Below, one piece after another: positions 35,053 through 49,513 of a DNA stretch of 64,000 nucleotides. The stretch is from Phoronis australis (taxonomy: Eukaryota; Animalia; Phoronida): positions 5,921 through 69,920 of the forward strand of contig NMRA01000927.1 in assembly GCA_002633005.1 (NCBI GenBank), read 5' to 3'. Under the pieces are notes generated by a model that saw only the letters and a program-made list of their open reading frames with translations, searched no databases and was not told where the DNA came from. Both the position numbers and the translations under genes were made by a program. Position 1 is the first letter of the stretch, and every line of letters starts with the position of its first letter.

Positions 35053-38000
35053 TGTATTCAATTGATGTGGAGTGGTTTGAAATACAGGCATCAGCGTGAG
35101 TAAGTGTCTTTTTAGCATAAACAAGTTCTTCCACTTTTTTGGAACTGTAGCCTTGAATTTCTTTTGTTACGATTCATTGATTTTGCTCCATACCAAAAAA
35201 ATTTGAACACTCTTGGGGTGACTGATGTTTCAGGAATCCCTGTGTTTATTTATAGCTTTGCTAACCTCCGGTCTTTTGTTTCTCACCAGTGTAGTCTTCA
35301 CGTTTTTTTTATTGGCAACTGGGTGTAGAAGTGGTTTTGTTTAACCTTATTCTAAACATGTGTTTGGTATCATCCTTGTACCAAGTTACCTGACCAGACA
35401 CAGAGGCTGGATAAGTGTGCACTGGTATTGCTGCTGTAGGGGTGGTTGAGCTTGCTTCTTGTTGAGCTGAGCTGAAAACAATGCAGCTGTACCTATCAAT
35501 TACAAACGTGGGATTCAGAGAAAAGGAACAAGAAGTTGTTCATGTGAACAGCTTCCTGCTCCTTGCATTGCATGTTGGTGGGATAATTGTCTTGTGTTGA
35601 CCATTTTATTAATTGATGAAAGTGGTGCGGCACGTACATGCCAGAACATGCCAGAGGAGAGATTTATGGGATATCATATCAATGCAGTTACAAACCTGGA
35701 ATAACCTTGTCGTTCGGCTTAACCCCACCGTGAAATTTCTAGACTTTCACTTTTAAACATCCCCCTGATACTTAGTTGAAAAGACCTGTGTTTCACAAAA
35801 AATTTAGCTTCCAAATTAGTGAAACTGGCTTGCATTTGAGTTGCAAACAAACTGTAAGAACATACCCTTACTTTGCTTACTGGGCTTTATTTGAGTCTTG
35901 TGCTCTAGTCTTCAGTAACATTTACGAGAATCGAACGTTTGAGCAAACTCCCATCCTGACTTCCCAAAAAGTTTGTTTTTAAAAGCCCATGATGTGCTTA
36001 ATGGTTCTCCTTTCTGATTTTTGAATTCCGAATTTATGTGCCTTGTGCATTAACAAGGGACTAGGTAATATGGTATTTGCGCATGGCACAATCACTTAAA
36101 ATTTAAGGGTATTGGGTATGTTCATATCTCTAGAAGTCCATTACACAATTTTCAATTGTTGCCATGTCAGGGTTTTGAATGCATCTTAATGCTTCTATGG
36201 CTTTTGATTTAACAGTCCTGAAATAACATTTCGGACATTCCCTTTGGTTGGAAATTGCATTTATTATGTTTTCTGATTGGCTTATTTTGAGAAATGCGCA
36301 TCAATACTGCTCCATCTATTGAGAAATACGTCTTGTCGTGCCACTGCTACAACAGAATTTACTAGATTGTTCCATACCTCACAAACTCAAACTCAGCATT
36401 GCAAGGCTTCAAACAAAACGACAAAACGATTCACTACATTTTTCTTGCTCTCTCCCTACGTTATGTAGGGCCCAACGAACCCTGATATGTGTACGACACA
36501 GGTCCAAATCAAGGCCGGGCGCTCACTCATCAATTTCGGATAATGACGTCTAACATAGTGCTTGTAGCTGTGGCACAAAACTTGAAAAACGGAAAATTAT
36601 TAATTTGGTGCTGCACATGTTGCTTGGAAAAAGTAACATAAATTTCATTTGTCGGCCGTATCATGTCCTAAACTAGACAGATTTTACCGATATCTTCAGG
36701 TCTATCTCTATCATCATCCTCTAAGAGGTCCACTCTCCCTATAGGTGGCACTGTGGCAAAGGTATAATGCGTCAAGAAATAAGGACTTGTCAGACCCAAA
36801 AACAATTTTTATTGTAGTTTGAAGCCTAAAACCACTAACCAATGCAGTGCATAATTGTTGCCTTCACGATTTTTAATTGGAGGCATTATGTTATTTAGAC
36901 TCGAATGGTTATTTTTGAGGTCTTGTATTAGTCGTTTCTTTAATGCACATACAACATGGCTACTATAATTTACATCCTGTGGAAGTCAATCATCAACTTA
37001 AAAATTTCCAGGCAAACGTTAAAGGCCTGGCTGATCCCAGATGAGGCAATTTTTTCTCCGTACTGAACTGAAAAAAGCGACATGATTGCTCTTTAGGTGT
37101 TTCCAGTCTATTTTGTGAGTCATTTTAATGTGAGATAAGCTCAATAACTACGTGCCAGATTCAGACTAAAGTGTTTTTTATCAGTTGTAGATTAATGGTT
37201 TATTTTCGTCAGCTTGAACACCAGTTCTCTGATTGTAAAAACTGTTCAGTTTAGGAGACAATATGGCTGACAAGTGAAATTTCACTTCGTCAAAAATACA
37301 AGTTTTAAGTTATTTTTACTTCTAAGTCAGTGTGATTTTGTTTCAGACACCTTTATGCAAAAATGAACATACCTTTTTATTTTAACATTCACAGCAATTT
37401 ACCCAGATTGAAATAAACTGAAGAATTTTAAGTTTTACTGTCTGTGGATATTTTTACCAAAAACACATGGAGGTAACTTGTTTGGTACCTATCCTCTGGT
37501 ACATACATGTGATCTCATTGAAAATCGAGTAGAAGTACCTTTCAAGGACTGGCATGTCAGAAACACAACTCACCTGTTGGTAGGAAAACCTGACTAGTTC
37601 TTCCCGTACACAAGTTAGTTGCCAAGTTGGTTGGGTTTTGCATATTTCACCAAACACTTCACAAAAAATCAACAAAAAGGAGCCATTAGGAGTTAGGACA
37701 ACACGCCATGCAGGCAGTTATTGAGGCAACATCCGACTTTGTAAACGGGTTTATAGCTTCAACTCCAACTTCTGCAGTCTTCACAAATCCTGGTAACCTA
37801 TATATGAAACTTCTGTGTCGTCTAAGGATTTCTAATTTGTAAAAAATTTGACAAAGCAAAAAAATCTCACCAATGTCAGACAAAAATATTTGCCAAAATT
37901 ACTTATTTTCATTTTTCAAGGGCTTATAACATTTTTTGAATTCCATTAATTTTTCAAAACTTTGCCCATTGTTAGCTGTGGGACAAAAGTTAAATATAGA

Positions 38001-38279
38001 AATGTATTTTATTGGGTGCTACGTATATTTCTTAGAAAAATGGTTACATAAAATTTCGCTCGTTGGCCATATTGTGTCTTAAATGAGAGATTTTACCGTA
38101 GCGAACTGATTTACAGGCTCAATTTTTTTTTTGCCTCAAACGGTTAAAATGTAAATTGGGTACAATTTCATTACTTGAAATATGAAGATCCAATAGCGAA
38201 TGGTTGCGCAGTATATTGATTCATGCACTTGCGTGTTGACGCAACACTTCTGGGTCACCAGCTGTAACTGTTGTTTCAG

Positions 38280-38426
38280 ATCAAACATGCGAGGATGGTA
38301 AATATGGTTATGAGTGTAAGTTCACGTGCACCTGCCAGGACAGTAACGAAGTTTGCGACAAGGTGACCGGTCATTGTCCCAGCTCACGCTGTGCAAAGGG
38401 AAAGTGGGGACCAGGATGTAGCTTGG
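38280..38426 (+). CDS. Receptor exon 2: laminin/MEGF-type EGF-like repeat
   Basis: TTTCAG| DQTCEDGKYGYECKFTCTCQDSNEVCDKVTGHCPSSRCAKGKWGPGCSL |GTGAGT; 147 nt, phase 1-1. Confidence 0.9.
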
Positions 38427-41400
38427 GTGAGTCCACAGAACTGAGGGGGGGGGTTGTGTGGTAATTCCGTGTTGAGTAAATCCACTCATAAAGAGGGGCT
38501 TACAGAATTTTGAAAAATTTCTTTCATGTCTTTTATTTCAGAATTACTATATATGTTTCCTACATCTCCTTTAGACAATTTGTTTGATCTCATTCCCTGA
38601 AGTTTTGTCACATTCTTGAGTTGTATTCTTCAGCTATGAATCTTGCCTTTGAAAGTAACTTTTTCTGAGCCGCCTGGTTTATTCTTACTCAACTATCATT
38701 GTCTCCTGTACTATCTTTGTAGTTGCCTTTCTACAAACTCTAGGCCAACTTTCATTGAATTGAGGAAAACTAGAAATTTCCCAAAAAGCATTGACGTGTT
38801 CGGAAATGCATTTTGTTTGCATTTTATGAAAAAATGTTGCAAAACTTGATTCAGAGAGAAGACGTCAGCAAAATTGTTTCAATTTTCTGTTTCTATTCAA
38901 CTGTTTTATGTCTGTGTTGTCTCTTCTTAGTGATACAATCTGTGTTATTAATCAGTTTGTGTACAATTGTGTGCGTGGGTGCGTGCGTGCGTGATTAAGT
39001 TTTTGTCCAGAGTTCAATATAACACATGTCTAGTGTCTTAAATATGTCTCGCTTTTTTGTATTTAATTGTGTCTCCTAACTCACTGCGCTATTTCTGTTC
39101 AACTGCTGTGAAATTACCGCGTCTATGCCACAGAAACACATGATCACATGAATAGAAAGTCTTGCATTTTAAAATTTTGAATCTCTTGATGAAAAAAAAT
39201 CATTTCAACCGTGCTTGTTGCCACAATAAGATAGTTGACTCTGAGATTGACATGGTTTCCTTTTTTATATAGTTTTGTCTAGCACTAAGCATGGTTTACA
39301 TCTGAATCAAAGTCTTTATTGTATGCATACAGATATTTGGTGACAATTCGCTTGAAATATTGTTTCTGTTCACAGCTCCTGCTTTATCTCACGGATGGTT
39401 CATATGGTTTTAAAGAAGACTGTTAAACACCCACAATTTTCAGTAATTTTGAATGTCAAACACAGAGACACCTAATGCCAAAGCTTAGACACCTTGACCA
39501 CTATTGACTTGTACTTTACAAACCTAACAAGACCCTATGATGGAACTCAATAAATTAGTCAGGAGGATATGCATTGACATTTATAAAACAAGAACAATAT
39601 GGCTCTTAGCCAAGTGCAGTGGCTGATTCACTGTCCAAACACCAGATGGAGTTACTATCGCACAACTCTGACTTTTCTAAAATAACAATGGCTTAACTTC
39701 AAAAACAGGACTTATAGAGCATGTTTGTTCATGAGATCATGTAACTCCCTAATGTTACATCATCTTTTTAGATTTCTGACTACATAGTAATACGTTGCAC
39801 TTTCACTTTGTCACAGTTCACACTGTAACCAGCGTATTTCCATTGTCACGTTAACCCTGAATAGCAGCACATTCTAGCTAAAGCGTAGTTATATGTAGTC
39901 GGTCATTATTCAACACGATTCCTTACAACGATTTTAGACAAGTCTGGAACAGCAGGCAATGAGGACAGATTTCCAAAGCACTCTTGAATATGGATTATGA
40001 CTAATTTACAATAGAAGACAAAAAGTAACCAGAGAAATTATCGTTTTCCTGTCATGATGGCTAATTGTGTTCATAGCAAAAATTACTGGTAATGTCTTTC
40101 GGCAACAAAATTCTAATTACAGATTGCCATAGCAACCTTACAACTTATCTGTTAATTTCCCGCCATTCTTGGTTATGAAAGAAGATTTTTCTGGTAGGGA
40201 ATTTGGTTTTTGCCCACCCTTCATGATGGGGAAGTCTGGGTTAATTTTGTCTGAATACTTTTGGCTTGTGCTCTATGTTAGGTGTGCCAAAAGTGTGCCA
40301 TTTTTAAAGTGTTATGATCAAGATTCACTAGAATCCATGACTGTCCATTGTAATGTCAATTATCCAGAGGTGCTGAGATTGTTCAGGTTGGCAAATATAT
40401 AGGTCTTGGCGTTACAATAGAGAAGAATATGTCGGGTATTAGAGACATTGGAAAGTGTCGTCTCTGGAAAGTTGGGTACAGACAACGCTGTATCAAGACC
40501 GACAGGAGAATGAAGAGTGACTATACCAGGACTATGATGGCACTGTTGGGTTGATCAAATCAAAGAATAGCAAGTCACCCAAAATCGATTCTGTCCACAT
40601 GATAATGGAGAATTTAAGACGTTTGATAAGCAATTGGTCAAACGAACCTGGGAGTACTTTTGCCATTCATGATCACTAAATGACTAGTTAGCACATGAAA
40701 CAGCACAGCACAAAGACAGGAGTAAATTTGGGTATAGGTCAAAGGTGAATCCGTGTACCTAAAAATGGAAGCGCTCTAGACAGGGACTCTTTGTGAAATT
40801 GAGATGTTGAGAGAAAGAGAGTGTGCAATGATGCAGTGTAACTGTACTGAAAAATGAACGTCTTTTCAACATAGTTCAGAAAAGTCCATGAAGAGACTGT
40901 CACATTGCCGCGCTGAGTCCTAATCAATCAGGATGGTTCGAGCTAATGTTAAGCCATGTTGTATTCAACTTTATTGTCAAGCTGTCAATCTGAAAGTAAA
41001 ACATATGAGAGGGCCTTCACAAGCTTTAGACACGTGACAGTGTCGGAATGGATAATGACGATGGCAGCGCTAATGAGGACGGTAGCGGCAAGGAAGATGA
41101 CTGATGCTATTGAAGGCTGATTACAGAACTGACTAAGAATCATACGCATGTACAGGAAATGGTAAACCAACAAAAGCGCAGCAAAAATTATTCAGTAAAA
41201 GAACAGTCATCTGGGAAAATCTTAAAAAAAAACATGAGTTGTAACAGAAAATGATTGCATCAGCTTGTTGCGTCTTCCGAGATACATCCACGTATCGAAT
41301 TTGAGGAAAATTCCTTCAATCATAAAAGAAATTTAAAAAATAACCATGGCAGTGTGGTCTTGTGTCCAGTTTGGAAAAAAAATAGACTTCAAGCCTTTCA

Positions 41401-41635
41401 GGAGTTAGACGGTGTGGATAACTGTCATGGCGATTGGACAAGAAATGTGATCTGCAGTCTGTGAAAAAACAAGCAAGCCAAACTTCTTGATAACATATCT
41501 TTGCAAAATATATCTTTTTTATTTCTCTAGGTAATTACTGAACAGTTGAAATATTGGAAATATTGTGTGTTCAAAAGTTGTGCATTGGTGAAGGTCATTT
41601 CAAGGTATAAAAATGAGACATATTGTGACTTAGTG

Positions 41636-41765
41636 ACGGAAAACTGAGTGAAATGGAAAACAGAGTATAGTGGAAAACAAAGTATAATGGAAAACAGTGT
41701 AATGGAAAACGGAGTGTCATGGAAAATGGAATGTCATGGAAAACAGTATAATGGGCTTTGGAAAC
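41636..41765. repeat. Degenerate ~15-17 bp tandem repeat (TGGAAAACAGTRTAA)
   Basis: About 8 recurrences of TGGAAAA. Confidence 0.75.
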
Positions 41766-42150
41766 TGCCATATGAGGTGTCTGACGTCTCATGTCTGGTG
41801 CATTGGTGCCATAAGACAGCTCCAACCAGTCATAAATGAATAAGAATAATAGGTTATGTTGCTCTGACTGCATAGTGGTGAAGAGTCTTGACTGAATAAG
41901 AATAAAGCTAAACCACATCCCTGTATTTTGTTGAATTATTTTCATTTTGTTAGTTTTAAGGCATTTCTAAAAACAGGCTTTTTGAGTGCTATGCCATAGC
42001 TCTGATTAAAGTGTGTGCACTTTTTAGTTGCTTACGTTTTGCGGTGACGCCGCCGAGGTCTTAAGTTGGTAATTCTTTTATCCTTACCTTCTCATTTCTG
42101 CTGCTGCCCTCTGCTGCCCTGTGCATGACCACTGGCCCCATCTCTTGCAG

Positions 42151-42423
42151 AGAAGAAATGCTTCTACGCACTAGATAAAGAGCGTGGTCTAAACTACCAG
42201 GGTCGTATGAAGAAGTCGAAGGATGGGCACCGCTGCCTGTTCTGGACGTCACGTGGTGCCCAGCGTCGCTACAAATACTCCGATGCGAGCTTCCCTGATG
42301 ATTCAATCAGTGATGCCCGCAACTTCTGCCGCTCACCGAAGGATAACGATCGCCCACGCGAGCCATGGTGCTACATTTCAGAAAACTACCCATACTTTGG
42401 TTATTGTGACGTGACTAACTGCG
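42151..42423 (+). CDS. Receptor exon 3: complete kringle domain
   Basis: TTGCAG| EKKCFYALDKERGLNYQGRMKKSKDGHRCLFW...ARNFCRSPKDNDRPREPWCY...GYCDVTNC |GTGAGT; six Cys; 273 nt, phase 1-1. Confidence 0.92.
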
Positions 42424-42522
42424 GTGAGTTCGTGGTGGTTGTCTAAATCCTTGCCAATGCCGCTGCCTCTGCTGCTGTTGGTGTGGCTGCTACAATGTTG
42501 TCAGTACTGGTAACGTGGCCAC

Positions 42523-42841
42523 TACGATGCTCTCCCTAATAAGTGCCCGTGGTGCTTACAAAATGTTCTGAGAAGCAGTTGGTTGTTCTGCCTGGAAAAT
42601 GATGTTGGTAGAACTGACCTGTAGGTATTGTCTTTGTTGATATTAAATGATGGTTATCTACTCCCAAACTTGAATGTGCTATCTTTGGTGAGAAGACGAC
42701 TGTTTTCCATTAATTCTCATGTTAAACTATTTATCTGCTGTAAAATATGAGAGAATCATTATTGCCCATGAACAAAAATGGGAAGTTGTGCTTTTCCTTG
42801 TCGAGTGCGAAAAGTGGGCACTTAATAGAGAGAATACGGTA
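42523..42841. mobile_element. Old Tc1/pogo-type MITE
   Basis: TACGATGCTCTCCCTAATAAGTGCCC / GGGCACTTAATAGAGAGAATACGGTA inverted ends. Confidence 0.6.
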
Positions 42842-43405
42842 ATATGACTAGTGCTGCTGCTACCAGTGGAGTAGTCGGTAACTGATGCTTAGTCATATCA
42901 CATGTAACTAACTAGTTAAGCTTTCTAGTTGTAGTGTAGTCGTAGCATACTAGTTTGTTGTGCGTGCTTAGTTTTGTTGTTGTGTGTAGTCGTACAGTGT
43001 AAAAACTACTACGTAAAAGTTCTCTAGTTTGGGACATTCTGTAGAATTTGCGACACCCAAACCAGAGCTGAAATTAATTTTTTGGATTCTGAAGATTGGG
43101 TCATGGGCAGTTCTAGCATTCATCGTATTTCTTAAGTATTTGACACTGGGTTTTGTATCGACCCCAGCTGAAAATAGACTCGTAAAATCGTCAATGCATC
43201 GTTTTCATGTTTCCCTGTAGAGTATAACATCGAAGTGGATGATCATAATTCTTCAATTTGTTTGTGTTTCCAAAAATTTGGTACAAACTCAGATTTGGTG
43301 CAAAATAGTTTTTCTTTGCTCAACCTAGAGAATTTTACTGTAGTAGTACTACTACTACTTCTACTAATATTGGCCCATTTACTGATAGTTGAAGACATCT
43401 CATGT

Positions 43406-43466
43406 ACACACCCACGCACACGCACACACACACACACACACGCACACACACACACACACACACACG
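43406..43466. repeat. (CA)n microsatellite
   Basis: Interrupted CA run. Confidence 0.95.
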
Positions 43467-46400
43467 TGGGTTTTCCTCTATCGGTAAAAAGGTCAATTTG
43501 TGATGTAGTTAATTCTATTCTGATATGCTTGCTTATTTCACTGTTAGTGTTCTGTGACTTTCTTGCAGTAGTATAGTTTACGCTTACCGTGTAATTTAGT
43601 TGGATGTTGTGTATTAGTGGGGGTTACTAAGTGATACTTCACTGTTACGCGTATAGCGTTGTTAGTCACAGTGGTCCTCAGACGCAAATACATATTGGCC
43701 AAAAGTGATGGCAGTCCAGACACGTGGGGTTAGACTTCTACCCGCAAGTTGTAGTTGACTGACCATGAAATCTCTCCAAACTCCTTGTAGTTTTGAAAAA
43801 ACGCATTCTGAGAACCTTCTGGATTTTGAAAAAAATAGATCTGGAATTAGGCCACCTGTTAATATGGAACAGACCTCTTTCTGCTTCTTACTGAAATTAG
43901 AAGAGATTGCTGTTCTTGGGGAGAACTCACAGTCAGCTTGTACTAGTGAGTGTGCCCTGCTTACAGTGGCCATTCGAGTGAAACACCGGGGACTTGTTGA
44001 ACTTGGTCAAGACCAATAACAAACTCTTAGTCTTTCTCGAACCCAGAAAGGAAAAATATCTCGTAAACTCAGTAAAATTGATTGAATACATGACACTCTT
44101 CGTTATTAACAATCAGCAAGGAAAGTGTGGAGACTAGTTCTCTTTATAGTAACATGTGGTCGAAGCGATAATGCAGAGCAATTGAAAGAAGGCTTGCTTA
44201 GAACAGCTTAAACTCTTAGAGAGATTAATGGACTTTTGAAGGTAATACCTGTGATGTTTTAATTGGCTGCCAACAATTACGTCACTGCCAACACAGTTGT
44301 AATCTGAAAGAATGTTGTGAAGGCTTGAGGTGTCAGTGGGAATTCTTCATCTACTGAGCTCACAATGAGGCAAACTGGAGGACGTTTTGGTTAAAGTTAC
44401 GTGCACCGCTGCGTTGGTGGGCCAGTATGCCAAAAGTAACACATATGATGTGGTTATTCAACTACCGTATAACCACAAAACACAATGATTGATAAATTGT
44501 CTTACTTCCTAATTCCATTTTAGGCAGGTTAGGAAAAGTAAATGAAAGCGTTTGGCACTAAACGCTGATCAGTGTAGCTTTAAATTTGTCTATAGAGATA
44601 AGCATTAGCTTGGTTTCTACTGTGTAGGTGTTCTGTACAGCCAAGTAGTTGGTAGTTGAAAGTTAAAACAACAAGAGTTTTGACACTTGTTTGCAAAATG
44701 GGTAAAGAATTACTGTAATGTCTGGAAGGAGTCAGTTCACTGTGTGTTATTGGTTAGAAAATGCAAGTGTATGTAATTAGTTCTTTTAGTTCAGTTTGCA
44801 TTGAATGATCCAGTGTTGTGTTGTAGGTCTTAAGGCACTGTCTCACTATTGCTAAGTTAAGAAATGAACGTAAACGAATTTTGCAATACAGTTCCTGCGC
44901 TCAAATTGCCGATGCCAAACTTCAGGAGAGGATGAACGAAGGAATGATAACAAATATTGAATTTCTAAGCAATGACTGCACAAACCTCAGCATATTCTGC
45001 CAAACAGAAACTTTTCCGTTCGCTCGCAGTCGCATGCGCTGAGAGAATTGGTCATAATGTGACATTGCCTTTAAATGCTAATTGGTGCCAACTTTGAAGA
45101 ATTTTGGTGGTAATTAGAGAAACTGCCGACTGATGTTGTATCTGGCTACTGTGTAATCTGCTGGACTGGCGCTTGGGAATTTGGGGCTTTCCTCTGTAAG
45201 CATCTGATTTTTTAAAAAATGTTTTATTGAATCATGCCGGTAGTCAAATTTTGTGAAGATTTTCAGGGAGTAAGTTTTGGACACTCAAATGTTCTCTTCA
45301 ATGGAAAATTGTTCACATGCCAAAATCCTGAAGATATAGCATGCTTTTTGGCTTCATTAGGGATGAAACTTAAATTTTATGCAAAGATATGTATATTCCT
45401 TGCTAAAATGAGAATGCTTTCATGATTAAACTGAGATGGTTGAATGAGGGTCAACGGTCTTGTAATCATTTTTGAACTTAAAAAAGAGAATAACTGTCGG
45501 TGGTGATTGATGTGGAGAAGATAACTTTGTGAACTCGTACTCAGCGTTGGCAATGAAGCAACTCAAGGTTTAACGATGCTGATCACATCCAGGAAGGTGA
45601 ACGAATCACGATCATTTGTGTATTTCTTACTCTTTTAACCTCCATGCTTGAATGTGTTTGTTTCTTTGTTTGTCTCTGCATGCATTCCTCTGTTTTCTGT
45701 TGTGGTCAAGGAAATGAGAGTTGTCATGTGCTTGTGATTCAGTGTTTTATGTTGTTCGGTAGTGGTTAGTTGTTAACTAATGTCTGTCACCTGCCATGTT
45801 TGTATTTATACTGGTATAATCATGTAATATGTACCTCTGTATGCATATGCATGTTTATATGTACATATACCATCAAGAGATACTCTAAAACAGAAACCGT
45901 GTTTAAATAATTAATCGTATTATGATGAAACGAAATGTTTTTGATTGAGAGGTATTAATTATTATTCTAAAATGTGTTTACATTGACAGGTAGATCACTT
46001 TTTTCAACATTTGATAGTGACATCTGTGGATTGCTTTGGAAGCTATAGTCTTTTTTTCATGCTCACTGAGGACAGTATGTATGGTTTGATAGAAGTTTTG
46101 GTAGAACAACTTCAAGCCTGGTTTTAATTTCTCTCTTTTTGTCGCATTGGCTCGGGAATCAGTTTAATGTTAAAGCAGTATTGCGTGTCGGGATCCATGG
46201 ATTTGCTGGTTGGCAGCGTAAAATCTTATTTTGTTTTTCTAACTTACCAGTCTGACGGAATACAGTTTTTGGTTACAAAAACAACCTTGGCTACCAACTG
46301 TAAGCTGCTTCGGACTTGTGAGCTCAGTTGGAGTGTGGCTGGTTACATTCCTTTTACTGGTCATTGGAACTTTTAAAGGGACGTTATCAGTTATACGGAA

Positions 46401-46616
46401 AAAATTTTTTTGTAGTTATCGTTTGATGGGTTGGATTTCTTGAAGTTCTTAGCTTTCAACAGAAGTATAAAACACACAAATCCATTGTTTTTGAGACTAT
46501 TACATATCATCAATTCACACCGTTGTCTGCCAGCTGTTGGCTGAAATTAAGACCAAAGTCCAAGCTCATTTAATTTTAAATACGCTCAAAATGCTCTGTT
46601 ATTTATTACGTCATAT

Positions 46617-46675
46617 TTGGCTCAGCGGCAGAGTGTTTTGCTGCTACAACTGGGTTCAATTCTGTGCCATGCCTA
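46617..46675 (+). mobile_element. tRNA-derived SINE-like head (degenerate)
   Basis: A-box-like TGGCTCAGCGG and B-box-like GGTTCAATTC; no cloverleaf. Confidence 0.3.
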
Positions 46676-46906
46676 AGTTCAAAAAATTCTTTTCTTGTTG
46701 AGAGCCGCCTGAAGGTTGCGTTCATGAGCTTTACCAACTTTCTGTGTATCATTGTAGCTTCCTTGCTTTTTAGAAATGAAGAGTAGATTTTTTAGGTAGT
46801 TGGTCCGAGTTCAATGCTAATAGATAAACATATGTCGTTAGCTTTTAAGTATATTGTGGTGATAGTTCTTCTAGTTTTCAGAAATGGTAATCATCCTATA
46901 TTTTAG

Positions 46907-47044
46907 ACTGCCCCAATGGTCGGTTTGGACTAAACTGTGCCCGCTTCTGTCACTGTCGTGACGGACGTGGCTGTGACAAGGAAACGGGGAGTTGTCCTAA
47001 TGGCGCCTGTCACGAGGACTGGGAGGGGCCTTACTGTCAAAAGG
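46907..47044 (+). CDS. Receptor exon 4: EGF-like repeat
   Basis: TTTTAG| DCPNGRFGLNCARFCHCRDGRGCDKETGSCPNGACHEDWEGPYCQK |GTAAGG; 138 nt, phase 1-1. Confidence 0.92.
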
Positions 47045-47972
47045 GTAAGGACTGCATGCAGACAAGCATTGATTGACAGGTGTCATGGCCTGTGTTATGA
47101 GGTTACTTGACAGGCTACCTAATTTTGTGGTCTTAGTTGCAGGCTTCAAAATGTTAGTTTGCACCCTGTGGCTGACCAGCCTAGACAATTTTGGTTTCAG
47201 TTGTGGATTTTTCAGAGGTCCTTACTCATAGCAATAGTGATCGGATGCACAGTTTCATATGTACTTAGATACCATAGGATTTCTACTACTTTTATGTTTG
47301 TTAGTCCGACACTTTGGCATTGTAATCTCTTATTCAAAAAATAAGTTATTGTGAGCGTGTTGAAATGTTTGCTAGTTTTTAAGTAAAAACAATGAAACTT
47401 GTTAAATCCCTCATTTTAGTGTTAGCATTATATTATCATCAGGGTCTGTTGCGTGAAATTTGACTTAAAGTCCTTCTCTCACGCGTTGTTAACCCTTATT
47501 ACATGGTTAGAAGATGTTATAAGGATCCAAGAAGTACCTACCCCATAACTAATACACGATCCGTACTCGAAAACAGTTTAAATGAACGCGCCACTCACGA
47601 TTCGCTCCCGAAGAACCACCGCCATTTTGAACTTGCCGCGAACCCGGAAGTACAATTCATTCAGGAACCTAGGCCGAGAAAACGCCGTCAGTGCAACTGG
47701 AGCAGTGCCTGTACTGTTACCAGCAAACGGGGATAAAAAAATCGACAGCGCGCCTTACTTTTGATAAAATCAAACTACGGACAATTTTATGGAATTTGCT
47801 GAAGAAATGTGGCGAATAAATTTTGACAGAAATTATTTTGCCAGACTCGGGACCGCAGCCTATCGGACCCGGTGCGGATCGAGACCAGACACTGGCGAAC
47901 GGTAAATGCATGCGGTTGCAAGCTGTTTTGTCGAAGTAAAATGGTCAAATGATAAATGCTGCATATATTCAA

Positions 47973-48615
47973 NNNNNNNNNNNNNNNNNNNNNNNNNNNN
48001 NNNNNNNNNNNNNNNNNNNNNNNNNNNNNNNNNNNNNNNNNNNNNNNNNNNNNNNNNNNNNNNNNNNNNNNNNNNNNNNNNNNNNNNNNNNNNNNNNNNN
48101 NNNNNNNNNNNNNNNNNNNNNNNNNNNNNNNNNNNNNNNNNNNNNNNNNNNNNNNNNNNNNNNNNNNNNNNNNNNNNNNNNNNNNNNNNNNNNNNNNNNN
48201 NNNNNNNNNNNNNNNNNNNNNNNNNNNNNNNNNNNNNNNNNNNNNNNNNNNNNNNNNNNNNNNNNNNNNNNNNNNNNNNNNNNNNNNNNNNNNNNNNNNN
48301 NNNNNNNNNNNNNNNNNNNNNNNNNNNNNNNNNNNNNNNNNNNNNNNNNNNNNNNNNNNNNNNNNNNNNNNNNNNNNNNNNNNNNNNNNNNNNNNNNNNN
48401 NNNNNNNNNNNNNNNNNNNNNNNNNNNNNNNNNNNNNNNNNNNNNNNNNNNNNNNNNNNNNNNNNNNNNNNNNNNNNNNNNNNNNNNNNNNNNNNNNNNN
48501 NNNNNNNNNNNNNNNNNNNNNNNNNNNNNNNNNNNNNNNNNNNNNNNNNNNNNNNNNNNNNNNNNNNNNNNNNNNNNNNNNNNNNNNNNNNNNNNNNNNN
48601 NNNNNNNNNNNNNNN
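47973..48615. other. Assembly gap
   Basis: Run of N. Confidence 1.
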
Positions 48616-49225
48616 GGTAATCATACGCTCAGAGAGAAGGGTCAAATACTGTTAAAAAATCGCTTTTGGCAAGAAAGGCGAAAAGAATATAAAGAAAGGG
48701 TGTCGAAAATAAAAATTTATGTAGTAAGTATTTTCGGATACTGGAACCACATGGGCAGTTTGAGAGAAGGACTTTAAGACTTAAATGTGGTGTTATGCTC
48801 ACACTTCGCAGTTGCTGAATAAAAGCCTGGAAATGATTTTTACAGATTCTCTCAATGGCTGGCAATTATGAATAGGTTCAAAGACACCTTCGTTATTTTA
48901 CTGAAGTTATTTTTAATTACTTTCTAAAATAATTACGTGCAGCGTAAGACCAAATTTCCGACTCAGAAGTCACTTTTCAGTTCCCAGGGCTCTAGTGGTA
49001 GTTGTGCTTGACTAAATTGGTGAACATGAGTAGTAGTACATAAGGTGATCAGCAGCCAGAGATGGAGATTTCTTGTGAGAGTTTGGAATTTTCGTTGTTT
49101 TGAAATATTCCAGTTAGTTTCCTGAAGTTCCTATATTTTTTGCGTCAGCCTAAGGGCCGTTTCAACATTTGGAACTGCAGTGGTTGTGAGACAATGGAAG
49201 TTAAGCAATGATACTTTTCTTTTAG

Positions 49226-49513
49226 TCAAGGTACAGATAACCAAGTTCTACAACGATAAAGTGAACCCTGGGACAACCTTGACCAGTTTGACCTGTGTCA
49301 TCACCGCTGACCCTCGACCCAGAGCGGATGACATCTCGTTGGCTAACACTCGTTCTGCTCGCATCAGCTATGCGAGGGTGGAAGTGAAAGAGGTCGGCCA
49401 GTACAGCATGTCGAAAACTTGGATTGGCGCAGCGATTGGTGCAGGAGACGAATACACATGCACCTATGGAGTTGACCCTTCTATCAGCAAGACTATCGAA
49501 GTGCAGTTCTTTG
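49226..49513 (+). CDS. Receptor exon 5: Ig-like domain
   Basis: TTTTAG| VKVQITKFYNDKVNPGTTLTSLTCVITADPRP...GDEYTCTYG...IEVQFF |GTATGA; 288 nt, phase 1-1. Confidence 0.88.

Noticed and set aside
47860-48777. Long ORFs of 220-270 aa
   Set aside because: Made of N-gap codons
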